Shown: piece by piece, positions 25,878 to 39,990 of the stretch
How positions within the stretch are numbered: the first letter of the stretch is position 1
How the letters are laid out: each line of letters begins with the position of its first letter
Assembly (NCBI GenBank): GCA_017499595.2
Contig: CM039006.1
Span: 1,302,001 to 1,366,000 of the forward strand
Source: Psilocybe cubensis
Lineage: Eukaryota
Length of the DNA stretch: 64,000 nucleotides
Direction of reading: 5' to 3'
The notes under the pieces: generated by a model
Seen by the model: the letters and a program-made list of their open reading frames with translations, nothing else
Told to the model about the DNA's origin: nothing
Database searches by the model: none
Program-made: the position numbers and the translations under genes

Positions 25878-28504
25878 ATGCTTTCCGGCCTCAAAAAACA
25901 TGTGGTGTCTAAAGATAACAACAAAGCCAAGGACCTTCGTGGGGAAACTGAATATATGACTGGCGCCTCTGGCCTCACAACAGATTTTGGCGTCAAAATA
26001 GCAGACGACGATAATTGGTCAGTCAATATGTTGCGATTTTTTCATGGCCGTCTAATGCCCCCTTTCCTTCAGGTTGAGGTTGTCCAACGCCGAAGACATT
26101 GGTCCATCATTGCTAGAAGATCATATTGGCAGGGAGAAGATTCATCGCTTCGATCATGAGCGCATTCCTGAACGGGTTATTCATGCTCGAGGCGCTGGTG
26201 CTCATGGTCATTTTCGTGTTTTCGACAACCGAGCTGCAAAGTGGACTTCGGCACCTGTGTTGACAGACCCTGCTCGTACAACCCCTATTTTCGTTAGGTT
26301 CAGCACCGTCCAGGGTTCTCGTGGCAGTGCGGCAAGTTGTCGCATTCCTTTGGCAGCTCACTGAAAGTAATACTTGTTGACTCTAGGATAGCGTTCGTGA
26401 CGTGCGAGGTTTTGCGGTCAAGTTCTACACTGAGGAAGGGAATTGGGACCTTGTGGGCAACGACATCCCTGTCTTCTTTATTCAGGACGCCATCAAGTTT
26501 CCAGATCTTGTCCACGCCGTCAAACCGGAACCTCACAACGAGGTGCCCCAAGCTCAGAGCGCCCACAACAATTTTTGGGATTATGCTGGACTGCAACCTG
26601 AGTGTACGTTAATGATAATTTCCAGGAGATTGAATCTTACCACTTCACCGTAGCGGCTCATATGATTATGTGGGTCATGTCCGATAGAGGTGAGTAGTTC
26701 TTCGGTTTCTTGTTTAATGCAATCATAAACCTACCATTATTCAGGTATACCTCGGTCATACCGGATGATGCAGGGCTTTGGCGTCAACACGTACACCCTC
26801 ATCAATGCGGAAAACAAACGAGTTTTTGTCAAATTTCATATGACACCCGAGCTTGGTGTCCATAGCTTTGTATGGGATGAAGCTTTGAAACTAGCTGGTC
26901 AGGATCCTGGTATGCAGCAGAGATTCCTCTCTATGCTTCACACATTCAATAATTTTATAGACTTTCACCGAAAGGATTTGAACGAAGCTATCGAAAGTGG
27001 GTGCCATCCGAAATGGACACTGGGTATACAAGTTATTGAGGAAAAAGACGAACATTCATTTGACTTCGACATTCTTGATGCAACAAAGATATGGCCGGAA
27101 TCACTCGTCCCTGTTCAACCCATTGGCGAATTTTGTCTTGACCGAGTTGTTGAAGAGTACTTCCCTCAAACCGAGCAAGTGGCGTTTTGCACGAGTCATG
27201 TTGTTCCTGGTATAGGTTTCAGTGACGACCCTCTTCTCCAAGGCCGCAATTTCTCATACTTTGATACCCAAATTACTAGGCTGGGTATCAATTGGCAAGA
27301 GGTAAGTGTTGTCGTGTTGTCAAAAATTGCCGCTCGTTGAGCTGGTTATAGCTTCCCATCAATCGCCCCATATGCCCTGTTATGAACCATCATCGCGATG
27401 GCTCTTCTCGGCACCGTATCACTCCAGGTTCTATCAATTATTGGCCCAATCGAGAGAATATAGGACACCCAGTGTCGCCTCTCCAAGGAGGTTACGCAGA
27501 GTGTGTAATGCATTTGGTTTCCAAAGACGCATGGTTAACTTTTGCTCAGGTTCAACCAGAGGGTAGAAGGCATCAAGCAACGCGCCCGTGGTGCAAAGTT
27601 CCAGGAGCATTACAATCAGGCCCAATTGTTTTACAATTCTCTTTCCGACTATGAGAAGAGTCACCTTGTAGCTGCCTTGTCCTTCGAATTGGGGCACTGC
27701 GATGACCACCGTGTCTATGAGGGGTACACCAAGCTTCTCAACAACATCGATTTCGACTTAGCGAAGACTGTTGCGGAGAAGGTGAATGGCGTAGTACCCA
27801 ACAAGCCGCTGCGCGTCAACGATGGCAAGACAGAGTCCACCCTTTCGCAGACTCATTTCGCATCCAAAAAACCCACCATCGCGACTAGGCGTGTCGCCAT
27901 TCTCATCGCCGATGGGTTCAATATGGTCGAAGTTGAAGCCGTTCGCGCTGCTCTGAAAAGTGCGAAGGCCACTTCTTGGATCATCGGTCCGAGGCGCGGT
28001 AAGATTTCTTCGAAGGGAACTATCGTTTCAGGTGCCGGGATAGTTGCCGACCATTACTTTGAAGACCAAAGGTCCACGATGTTTGATGCTTTATACATTC
28101 CTTCTGGGCCTGAGCATGTTAAGTCACTCATGGTTAACGGGCGTGTCGTTCATTGGATTCGCGAGGCCTTTGGACACTGCAAAGTTATTGGTGCCATCGG
28201 CGAAGGTGTGTTCTACAATAACCTGACGAGCGAAATGCTGATGAAAAATCGTAAAGCTGTTGCGGCTTTGAACCACGCCCTCGAAATTCCCGAACTTCAA
28301 TTATCGAAGTCAGAGACAGACCACGTTGTGTCTTCCTATGGTGTAGTTACTGCTGGGAAGTACGATGTCGCATCGGCAGCGGTGGACGTTCTTAAAATTG
28401 CTCCCGGCCCCAAGGGTTTTGTTTCGAATTTTGCGTATGAGATGAGCAAACATAGGTGCTATGCGCGTGAACTCGACGGTTTGACGAGTCAGGTTGCATA
28501 CTAA
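25878..28504 (+). CDS. Large-subunit monofunctional heme catalase (KatE/CatA/CAT-1 type) with C-terminal DJ-1/GATase-like domain; multi-exon
   Basis: [15 protein letters not shown] (distal His), [39 protein letters not shown] (proximal Tyr), and C-terminal [11 protein letters not shown]...FDALYIPSG...[10 protein letters not shown]. No signal peptide is evident. Confidence 0.96.
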
Positions 28505-28939
28505 AGCATTCACTAGAAATTATCCAGAAATCTCGTGTATTCATGGCAATTGACGGCAATTTCGTATGGCTTGCATTCCCTTAAAGCATTTGCTTTGCCC
28601 TACAGACGCATACCCGTAGTACCCCGCTCAACGGATCGTTTACTCCTATTTCAACACGGCACTGCAACTCATTTTGTGTATGATTAGGGTCAGCTGCTGA
28701 TGCAATCAGGGAAAGAACTATCCTTAGTCCAGTGCGGGTGTAGATCACTCCAGGAATTGACTACCGATTGGTTCATTCCCCTGTCAACCGTCGGCATCTT
28801 GCCAGAAAACTTGCCTCCACACAAGTACACATGCACCGCGTATTCGTGTGGAATATTCCAGGACGCCCGCATCATAGATAGGGACTTTCAGGTTGACACC
28901 CCTTATCTACATTGAAGTCCCCTCTCACCTGCGCCCACA

Positions 28940-30729
28940 ATGACTAGTATCAACGACTCACCCCGCGCTCACATTGCCTGGGGCAAATTTCTGGCCAAAT
29001 ACCAATACAAAGTGTCGACCCTGAGTAGCAACCATGACCGGTCTACTGGCAGACTTCATTCCCTTCCCCCGGAACTTCTGGAAAGCGCCCGAAATGAGTG
29101 GATTTCCGACCTGACAAAATCTGGATGTACGCCTTACGGCTGGCCGACTTTACCAGAGGAAATAGGGCAACTAGAGCAAGTGTTACAATGGCGATCATCG
29201 GAGATGTGGAACCATCTCATTGGACTCAAGTTAGGCGCCCGTGACTCTAAACAACAATCCGTGAGTTGCTTTAATACCAAGTCCCTCTTTCACACCTATA
29301 TGCAATTGTAACAGACATTTCACGGTTCGTCGCATCATTCTTGGACCATGGAGAACGAAGGGCCAATGGGCAATACCAGTATTCACATGGACGCTACCGC
29401 CCCAACACGAACAGAACAGGAAGATTCTAACCTCGATCCCTCATCGAGGGTTATTGTCTTTTTACCTCGCCTTTATGGATTGTCCCCCAGTCTTTTCCAT
29501 AGAATTTGGACCTCAGGAGACGAGTCTTCAGGTTTGAAAGATTATGCGTTACTGAAATGGCGAGCTCTCATGAAGGAATTCTACTCGATGGCCAAGCAGT
29601 ACGGTGAACAAGTAGAGGATCTTCTCCGAAAAGTCAAGAACGTCCATGACGTCGAGAAACTACTTTTAGCATCCGATCATTACCATCAACAATTGGCCGA
29701 TGGTGTGTATAGAGATTGGGAGCAGGCCATCAGCGAATGGTCAGAGGGATATGCGGAGAAGAAAGGAAGTATTTTGAATGGTGATATTGGAATTATGGGC
29801 CATGACCAGCAGGTGAGATTCGTTGCATTACTGGGCAGTGTACATGAACTAAGCCTTCCTTAGAATCATACCAAATTTGATATATCTGGTCCCCAGGAAA
29901 ACACACAGGTTAGCATAAATTTATTTTAAACTTCAACGTTGATATACTATGTATGAACAAACGTTGGAATTTTTGGCAGGGAATGGAAACCAACCAAAGG
30001 TCCGTTTCAGTCGGCTCTTGGACTGCTTCAAGCGAAACTACATGTAGAGGAGAGCGTCGCTCTGTATGCCTTGTTGATACCTACGGTGATCTCTCTTCTC
30101 CCTCTTCTTCAGCATTGTCAACATTCCTTTCAAATACCAATGACATATTTACGAGCAAAACATTCTCCATGCCTTCAAATTCTAGACACCGCTCTGACTC
30201 ACAGAGCGATTTGTCGGCACGAGCTACAAATCAACACGAAGAAGACCCACAAGATTTTGTGTTACCTCCCGATATTTCTGCGGAGATTGAAGCGGCATAC
30301 GCACAAGCAGGCAAGCTACATGCGGAGAAAGTACGAATGATGGACGACGTATACTGTCGAATGGAAGAAGGGAGGATATCAGTCTCATGGAATACAGAGA
30401 ATTACGAAGACTTACTAGGACAGTCATATGACACCGTGCTTGAAACCACCGAAAGTGATATGCAGGATCCGACAGAAGAAGACGAGTGGGATGAATCTAA
30501 CACTAGTACGCCAGTACCCGGAAGCCCGGCGTTATCTTCGACACACTTGGAAAAAAATTGGTCACTATCTCCACTCCTCTCTGAGCTCAATCCCCTTGAC
30601 ACAATGCCAATGAATTCGCCATGGACAGCTTCTCCAAAGGTTAGAGAGCAGAACGGCGGGAGAGTAGAATTTCTTGGCCGACCCAATCAAAAATTAACCT
30701 GCCTCAGTGATGGGAGGGTCGGGCACTAG
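28940..30729 (+). CDS. Hypothetical multi-exon protein, probable distant paralogue of the 19588 gene
   Basis: Approximate exons 28940-29260, 29315-29812, 29864-29908 and 29980-30639 or later, with GT-AG introns. The first junction was checked to be in frame; the 3' end is uncertain. Confidence 0.65.
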
Positions 30730-31298
30730 CATATTAATAAGAGTGACTTTAAAACATTAACATTTTAAGCCTTGCTGTCCTCAAGTTGAATGCGACTAGC
30801 ATATTATTTAACCGAAGAGGATGCCGAATATCATACGACCCTGACGACAGCATGAAAAGCTTGTAAAGGAAATTTTGTAGGGTTCTAATCGGTTCAATGG
30901 TGACTTACTTACCTTGGAAATTACCACCCAGGACCAACATTTTGCTTGACCAAGTAAGTAAATGTAAATCAACATAGTAAACTCGCAATATATATCCGAC
31001 AATCGACTGCAGCAGAAGGTTTTCCAAAAAATATATTTCCAAAATAATCCTAAAAATGACGTGTTTAGACTGAACACCGATCCACGGTGTGCAAAATTAT
31101 AATAAGTTAGGGAGTGCATGTAGTATATATGAATATGTTGTGTCGTCAAAAACGTGGAAGTTTAGCAAAACCCAAGCCCTTTACTTTTTATCAGCCCTGA
31201 TGGATGCCCAATAAGTCCCAAAAAGAGAAAGAACGGAGAGTAGAAGACCATGAATGGTCGCAATTTTGGTATTTAACCCGGCACATGAGCGACAGCAT

Positions 31299-33425
31299 TC
31301 ACTGGCGGCTGAGTGTGTTGACCTGTTTCCAGCCCTTTACGAGTGTGCGGCGCAGGCTGTCGAATCCTTGCATCGATGGCTCAGTTGGGTGAGTGTAGAC
31401 GTCCCCAGTTGCAATGAGTTGTTGAGCGGTGCGGCGATCTGCCGGAGCGAAAGGTTGGTTCCTGATAGCAAAGGAGCGTCCGTCAGATGGGTTTAAGTAG
31501 CGAGAGGACTTCAAGAACTCACAAATTGCTGAACACAAAGTCGGATGGGCTTGGTGCGGTGTGCTAGACAGCAACGTGAGATTAAAGAGCACAGAGAGGG
31601 ATCAATATTACGTACAGCAGTAATGAGATGTAATTCACGCTGAATAGCTTGGCAGAAGTAGTCAAGATCTGTAAAGGAAATGAGAAGTTGGGTAATAATA
31701 AACATCGATGGCTCCGTACCAAGATCGTTCAAATCATAGTTGAAGGGGTTTTCACTGGACGGTCGCGTTAGAATATATGTATCGTTAACGTGGGTAGAGA
31801 TGGCTCACATTTCCTGACCGATCTCAAGGAAACCCAGCAAAAGGAAAGAAGCAAAAGCCGTCCCAGGGATTGTGATCCAAGTAAAGGCCTTTTCAATTTG
31901 GAACTAGAGGAAATAACAATTGTTATACGCAAGATCCACTTATTCGAGGGTTCATACTCACAGGAAGGAAAAATAAATAAAGCCTGCGAGAATACGAGGT
32001 GGTTACTGAAAGTCAATAAAAACCATAGAGACCTGTGCTCACCAGAGGGACATGCGGAGATGTGCCTGATATGCAAATGGCAAAGGAGTATTACAAATAC
32101 GCTCAAGATTAGAAAGAGTATCCTGGAGAAGGGTAAGATTTGCAGTAACTCCGGTAGCTATGGCAGGCTGGAGTAGTCCATTGCGCATAGTCCCTATATC
32201 ACACGAAGGTCAAACGACTACAATGAACTCGGTGATCATAACAACATACAGGCTGTATAACTGTTAAATAAGGCAAGAGTCATTAGCGCATTATTTTATC
32301 TATTAATGAAAGTCACTAACTTCGAAAGTGTAAGGATGATCTCCAATGGTATGTGACTTTCCACGTATTCGTTTTGGCGTCTTTTCTTGCCTCTGCCCTT
32401 AGGACGAGCCGATCGAGTAACCTTGCGGACGACCCATTTGAAAAATCGAAGGAGAGGAATGTAGTCGAGGATGGACGTCTCGGGGGGATTGCGAGCGGGT
32501 TTCAAAGGACGATCGCTCGCGACATCAGGGAATGCCTTCTCCGGGTCCGAAACACCGCTACTTCCCCGACGCGTGGAAGCCCGCGAGGACGAATCGGCGC
32601 CAAGCTCGGTAACAGGCGCGTTAGCATGCCGATGGTTGACGGATTCTTCTTCTTGCCAAAGAGGAAGCTTCTCGGACTCTACACCTTCCATACCACTTGG
32701 GTACTTTGGTAAGAAGCAGATCAGTGGGTAAAGGTCCTCGTAGTAAACACCAGGCTCATCACGCAAGAAGTGCTAGAAGTAAAGTCATCAGAAATTCTGC
32801 AGATTGATTGAGCTGCACATAAATTGCAAACCTTTACAGATACGGCGAAAGCGAGAATCTGTTCAAGACTCTTCATGAGAGAGAGAGGGAAAAAATCATG
32901 GTCAAGAAAGCGCACCAAGTTGATCATGGTTTTCTTCTCAATGATATTTTGAAGCTGAGTTGTCTCCGCTGCTGCACCTTTTCCCGTGCGGTCAACAGGA
33001 ATATGTACCCAGATCTAAGTAAGAGCACAAAGGTTGGAACCACCAAAAGCCATAACGAAGCAGTGACTATACCTGCTGAGCAAGGTTACGCGATGCTGAG
33101 ATGATATTTGTCCACATCTTTCTTCCATCTTGGTACCGTTCGTACGCTGACGATGTTCGGAAAGAGATAACCAGACCGAGAACTGTACCCAGAACGGTCA
33201 AGAGCTGATTTGAGATGCTGAGGTCTTTAGAGGTCTTTTCCGATACCAATACCACCACTGGAAAGACAAAACTAAGTACAAGTTTGCAGACTCTGACGAT
33301 CACGAGCACTTACTAGTTGCTACGAGCGTAAAGAACGCAACTTCGGGCCAAATGTCATTGATGACGGTAGCTTGGAACTTTCTAGCAGTCCATGTACCAC
33401 GAAAAAGTGGGTTTGACGAGACCAT
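31299..33425 (-). CDS. Bestrophin-like / UPF0187 (YneE-type) anion channel; multi-exon
   Basis: Starts MVSSNPLFRGTWTARKFQATVINDIWPEV; contains LLTVLGTVLGLVISFRTSSAYERYQDGRKMW and LGFLEIGQEIENPFNYDLNDLDLD; last exon ends ...TLSRQ* at 31299. Confidence 0.9.
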
Positions 33426-35296
33426 CGTGCCAGTAAGGCGAGTTGCCTATGAGATGTAGCGGAAGAAAACGTGAATATTAGAAATAAGAAAGGGAGTGTG
33501 TCCGAGGAGTAAAAGGAGGGGATATGCCACCGACCAAGGGTGATTATAAGGGAATGAGAACAAGCAGCTTCAGGGTAACGATGCGTTTCCATTGCTCAGG
33601 GGGCGTGCGACGCGAACCGCAAAATTATCGACAGCCGGTTGATGTCCGAGACGTCCTCCGGATGACATCAATTGCACTCGAGATTTTTGATAGTTTCCGC
33701 TCATTTGAACTGTACAGCCCTCAGACTGTGTATGATCTGTCACACGATCTATTTCAAACACTTTTTATTCGATGCCAGGTAGGGAGAAGTAAGTGTCGTG
33801 GACGCAGTTTTACCCATCGCTACTTGATTTTCGCCTGTTTGCCTCGAGGCTAAAGGAACAGCGCTCATCAGGCCCGTGATGCCTTTCAATGGAGCCCGTG
33901 ATGAATGTCCCTGCGTGTGATTTGCCATTTCTGATTCTATCATGGGTTGATTTCATTCAAGAAGATAACGATGTGCCCTCGTTTTATGTATTGAGCGCCG
34001 AACGAGAAGAAAACGTTGTGTGCTTGGCGACAGAGGTATAATTACAGTTGCCTTGTGTGGACGAGAAATGGGCTTGGTCCTCCGAGTCATTCTCCGGTGT
34101 CATCGAGGTTTGAACGTAACAAGGTATCAATCAGTTTCGCATTTAAGATATACATAATCGCCCATACTATTAGCTAGTGTCATGCGGTGTCTTCATGCTC
34201 TTAGTCTGGACATGCTCTGGAAGTCAGCGGAAACTTTGCATGATTGACGGTTTCGATGCTATAAATAGACTTCGTCTTGGTTTTTTTCAGCCTTCGTACG
34301 ACCTGCAAACATCCAAGAGATTCTTGGAAGCATGTGTCCTCGAAGGACGGTCCGGAACATAATCTGGAACATTATACAGTAGAATAGCGTGTCATAATGG
34401 TGGCACAACTAAGCTCAGGCTAATACACAAAGGGTGTTACGGTTGTCATCAGAATGTTCGTGTAGATTCAAGTCGCATAAATCAATGACTATTAATACCA
34501 AGGGAACAATAAAAAAAGAAAACTAACTATGTATGTTACAGTGTGCAAATCATGATGTGCAGCCACCGTTTGATCAGCATTTCAGTCTTCAAACTGATAT
34601 GATTCGAATACAACCTCTCTCAAGTAGGGCAAGTCGTTCCACACGAGGCTTAAAATATTGAATGATGCACTTTCACCAACACCACTTTAACCAAGGAAGC
34701 AACTTTTGGAGTATATAGATGATAAAGGTCGGACTGAAGAACATTCCGTAGGTCCCATTATTTACGTTTCAATTAACGTTAAACATCTCTAAGTATGTGT
34801 TTCTCACAGAAAATTCTCCTCATCCGCTATAAAAAGACAAGGTTCGCAGCACACAGTTGTTGACATCGAACTCCACATTCAAGTAAGTAAAAACTTCCAC
34901 GGTTGACAAGTCGGAGTGATCATAAGATCCTCTAGTTCTAACCCGCTGCTATTAAAGATGCGTAAGTGAACACCGGAGCGCAAAGGTGGATGGGTCGAAG
35001 TAACTACTTGCTAGACATGGCTTGATTTCATTTCGTTTATGAGTGTGGCGCATACCTGAGAAGTTCCAAACATAGCTATGCATCGTTCGCCATGCCCACG
35101 CAGCTGGCAATGGTTTAGCCTAAGAAGAAGAAGGAAAACATTGAAAAAAAATGATGGAGCGATATTCAAAAATTGACATCCCAAATTCACAGTCCATTAA
35201 GAAAAATTACGATATGTAATCAGAGTCACAGCACCTGCAATCTTCACCACTTGTAGTCTTGTACACTTAAGATTTAAACTTCGGGTACGCTTTAAA

Positions 35297-37686
35297 TCAA
35301 GCGATGCTCATTAAGCTTCCAACAAACGTGAGGAGCTGGGAAGCAGGACATTAATTTCCTGTCCGACGATAGACATAATAGGGGAGCTTACCAGTCGAGG
35401 GCGAACATCTACAATATCCTCCGGAACCAAGAAGATCAAGGCGTTCATCTTCCTTGCAATTGAAATAGCAAGTTTGGCTAGAAGGATGGGACAGGCACAT
35501 GTCATGATTAATTATCAGTGGAGTAAATTTGACAGAAAAGACATACCGTTCTGCCTCCTCTCCTCATAATCTCCGTCCTCGGCTACGCTGATGACCAGGT
35601 TGGGATCCACGATACCTGGCCTAATGGCATCCAGTAAATCCAAGAAGAAAAGTCCAGTGGATATAGATGGGTCCTTGAACGAGCGAATGGGCCGCACGCT
35701 AGGCTTCGCTTTCTGTGCGGTGGTGTTAGCCCACTTAAGGATATCCTGGTCTGTAAGGGGTCGACCAGTCTTAGAAAGCGAAGACAAGGTCTTCGTAATA
35801 TTCATTCTAGAATGCGTTTGTATTAAATCAGTATCCATGACTTCAGGCTAAAGCCTAAACCAACGTACCGCATAAGCTGCCAGACGAGTCCTAAAACAAG
35901 CTTCTTCTGACCGTCGACGATATCTGCTCCTTGAATGCCCACCAGATGCAAACCATTTTGCTTTCCGAGGTCCACAACGTAGTTGGTGTTCTCAACCATT
36001 TTAAATCTCGACAGCGTGCTCTGGTTAGGAGTGACACCAATATCAGCTGCGTCCTCATCGTCCTCTCCTCCTGCGCTAATGTGCGGCGCAGGTGCACCCT
36101 CCTTTGGCTTGGAAACGCGTCTCCAGATCACACTTCCCGGGAGTATTTTGTCAAATGCTTGCAAAATGATCAACCCGTCCTTCAAGTTTTCAAATAGGTT
36201 GAAAACCCCAGGCTCTACACCAAGCGAGTTCAGCCAAAGGGTGAACACACGCGCTTCGCGCTCTCCTTCCGCATCGAAATCCTCCACCTGACCGTAATCC
36301 TTAGCTTCTTGCTCATCCAATGGTTCAAGGCCAGGATGTGTGTTGAAGAGATTGGCAACAAAAGCAAGATTTAGACGAGGATTACCCGACACAAGCGATG
36401 ATGGTGTCAAGTACTTTCTGCATCCAATTTTGTCGGCATTTTGCAGAACCTGTTAATTTTGTGAGTAACGAATGTGGATTAACACGGGAACGTCACATAC
36501 TTGTTCTGCGCGCGTGCGGAGATCACGAGTCTGTAGTGGGGCACGAGAGCACTGATCCGGCTTCAGCTGGTTGAGAAGCACTGTGTAGTTCTCTCCGTCT
36601 GAGACATCGCGGCTGAAGTTGTTCACCCTGCCAAGAATGTATGAGACCCTATTGATGCTTCTGAAAGCAAGAAAAATAACTTACCTGCGATTCCACCCGG
36701 CTGCTTTCAAGTGGTAGTTGAACCAGCGAAGAAGAATCTGATCCGGGGTGAGGCGCAAAAGATCATCGATGGTCTCTCCGTCTTCGCACAATCGGTAAAG
36801 TTCGGGATGAAGTTTGATGTCGACCTGGGCAAGCAATCCGCGACGGATGATCTGCCAAATGAGACCAAGAATAAGATGTTCGCGGCCCTCTGATATATCT
36901 GATGATCCAATGTTAACGACGGAACAGCCGATACCCTTCGCAGAAGTGATGACGATATTGTTGTTTTCTGTGATCTGGAATGCGTTAAGCGGCTTTCGTG
37001 GGGTTGGCTTGTTGAGGACACGCGTATCGATTGTGTCGGGCACGGAATCATTGAGGAGTTTACAGAGGATCAGACCGTCCTTGCATTCATCGAAAAGTTG
37101 CATCGTGTCTGTAGGAATGGGATATCTATCTCCAATGTCTGGATCATTTTCGATGACCTCCAGAGGATGTGAATACAGGCCAGAGACACAAGTAAAAAGC
37201 TTGGACGTACAAGATTGATGTGATTCGTGAACTCCGCACGCTCATCCTCGTTGATAGTATGACTGACGTTGGCATTGGATCCTTGAACTGTTACTTTTCC
37301 GGCCTTTGTGGTAATAGCAGCTTTCTGCTGCGACCGTAGTTTGACATTCAACTGCGGATCTGGTCAACGTTGTCACTCCGAACAAGGGTTACCGACGCGC
37401 ACCTCAACCCAGTCGTCCAATTCCACCTTCCCACTGGCATCGACGCTTACATGCTTCAGAGTTTCGCGCGCAACATCGTATGACTGTCCACTCGATTGCA
37501 ACGCATGCAGCACCGCGCTCTTGTCTACCCGTCCAGGGGTATCCGTATGGAGTGCACTGTGTCATCACGATGAGCCAATGATCTCACTTCCCCAACCCAA
37601 CATACGCACTTGAAGCGGTTGACAAGGTCATACATCTCATCTCGAGAGACCTCGGGAAACTTTTTCTGTAATTTGAGGGCTTCCAT
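35297..37686 (-). CDS. sac6: Fimbrin (actin-bundling protein, four calponin-homology domains)
   Basis: MEALKLQKKFPEV start; CH-domain motifs DGLILCKLLNDSVPDTID, HLILGLIWQIIRRGL, NPRLNLAFVANLFN, KLVLGLVWQLMR and AISIARKMNALIFLVPEDIV; ends LLTFVGSLMSIA*. Confidence 0.96.
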
Positions 37687-38141
37687 GGTGAGTAATTAGG
37701 TGCAGTTAGGAAAACGGAGGGGTAAGTTCAAGAAAGGGATTGACGGACCCTGATCTTATCTGGGCGTTGAGTGGCTGTGCTTCATTTGTCATGCCTAGCA
37801 CTTGGCCTTGTGCCGCAGTGAGCAGCAATCGACTCAGGACCTAAATGCGCTGCGGAAATTGTTGCTACTATCTGAAAACATTTCTAACAGACATACTGCG
37901 TGGAAACATAGCTTCAGTATTTTGACTTGCTGACTACCGCCATTCAAAGGATGCTAATGAGATTGAACGGTGAATCAACTATTCATGGCCCCACATCATG
38001 TCTGACTTCATTGAAAAACATAAATGCCGTGAGTATAAAAAAAGTACAAGTCATAACACCAGTTAATAAAGATACAAGGACGCAAAAGCGGTTAATAAGT
38101 TATGGAAGGATATTCCCAATAAATTAAAGTTTCAGCGAACA

Positions 38142-39990
38142 CTAAGCTGGATTATCCCTAGTAAAGGATGACATACACGGTCATACAGAATTTTTGACAT
38201 ACAGACCATACGTAAAGCAAACTTACCTTTCAACCACAGCTTCTTCACTCCTACTGACAATAACAAAGTCACTGACTGTGGACGTAGTTGGAAGATGCGA
38301 CGTTGTGGCCAATTCGTCATTTGTATACATAATATCCCTTGGCCAAGAGATAGGAAGTGCAGTCCCGTCTTTACTCAGAGCAGATCGTAAAGACAGTGTA
38401 AGTCGGGTGATCATGATGGAAGTTAGTCTGCAATATTTATTAGAGAATTACCCTGTACTGAATGTGCCATAAACGCTCACAGCATGCTTGGTCTTTAAAA
38501 TCAAGGAAGATATCAGCACTTCCATGCTCATTGCTTCAGGCGGAAGACGTTACGCACTGTGCATTTATCAACTTAATGCCTCGCTGTTGCCCCATGTTAT
38601 TCAGAAATATTGAAAATTGTTGTGATATGACGCTTACGTACCCGACCAGTGAGGGAGCATACCATCCATACAATATTTCCTGACAAAATGACCAAGAAGT
38701 AGAATGCGCCGTCTCTTAGAATCGTTCTTAAAAGGGAGGCAGTGGGAAGTTTTATTTGGCTGAAATTGACGGTACGGCAGATGGTGAAGATGAAGACGGT
38801 AAAATCGAAGAAAATTGAGACCCCAAGGTAAGCAGTATCCCTAATAACGATTAGTACATGATGGAAATGGATACACCAAACAGTTATCATGATGATGGAT
38901 CATACATCTTCGGTTGTGAATAAAGAATGCAAACTTGGTCATAAAATTAGAAGTCAATGTTTGGACGTATCAATGATAGGAAATACTCACCGTGGTAGGG
39001 ATCACCTAGGCCAGAGGGCGTTTTCAGAGCTGAAAATAACAGGTTGACCACGCGATGCTGATTTCATTATGGGGCTCGAGCAAACCTGGATTTGTTCCCG
39101 GGCGTGATATAGCATAGAAAACCACGCAACATTGCACCACCATCATACTACCCAAAAATGCAACCGGCACTCGACTGCGATTAGCAAGGGCGTACATACT
39201 GTACATTAATGGTACAAATCCCTTGATTTAAAAGGCTTACAACGCTCGAAAACGAAATGTCGTACCGTAGGACCAATACAGCTTCCGCAGGTAACACAAT
39301 GAGCAATGTCTGAATCCACTCGACGATTGCAAATCGATTGCAGCTGCTCTAATGCATCAGACCTTGTTATACTTCGACCACGAAAAATCGATACATACAC
39401 CTTGAACATATCAGAACATGAAATATGATGTCATCGGTTGAAAGAAAACGCACCTCAGCCGTCCAAAGACTTGAGAAATACGCTAGATAAAAAATGGCGC
39501 ATGTGTTAGACCAAGCAGGAAGGCATGATTAGTCTAATTGGAACACACCTGAAAGAGTAATTATGCAAAATGCCATGGGTACATATCGATTCTGGTTCTT
39601 GGTTAGACACATAGTTGGAACATTGAGAAGTTCTCCTCAAACCCACAATGATGTACAGGTAGAAAACTGATAGGTTCACAGTCTGTTAGTCTCCACAGAC
39701 ATGCATACGTTGTTTTCATACCCAAAGACCTATTCCCTTTCCAGATGGTCTCTATCTCCTGCCGAATAGTCAAGCAATAATCATATGCAAGTAACGCGGC
39801 CATCCCAACATAGTATCGCTGATCGGGGGATTCAGAAACGATAAGGAACGAAACCAAAGCTATTACCTTAAACGCGAGGCTAAAGAAGACCAGTTAGACC
39901 TTAAGAACTACAAATGGAAGTAAATAGACATGCGTACAGGTCATATCCAAGAGTGACGATATCAGGACTTAGTGGAATATTAGGGTCCAT
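38142..39990 (-). CDS. DUF6533-type multi-pass membrane protein (Agaricomycete GPCR-like family); many short exons
   Basis: ALLAYDYCLTIRQEIETIW, FDFTVFIFTICRT, LLRTILRDGAFYFLVI and LMITRLTLSLR are typical family motifs. The start is MDPNIPLSPD; the stop is either 38223 or 38142. Confidence 0.75.

Noticed and set aside
2691-28504. Tyrosinase plus catalase as a pigment or secondary-metabolite cluster
   Set aside because: They are more than 20 kb apart, with no backbone synthase, transporter or regulator between them.
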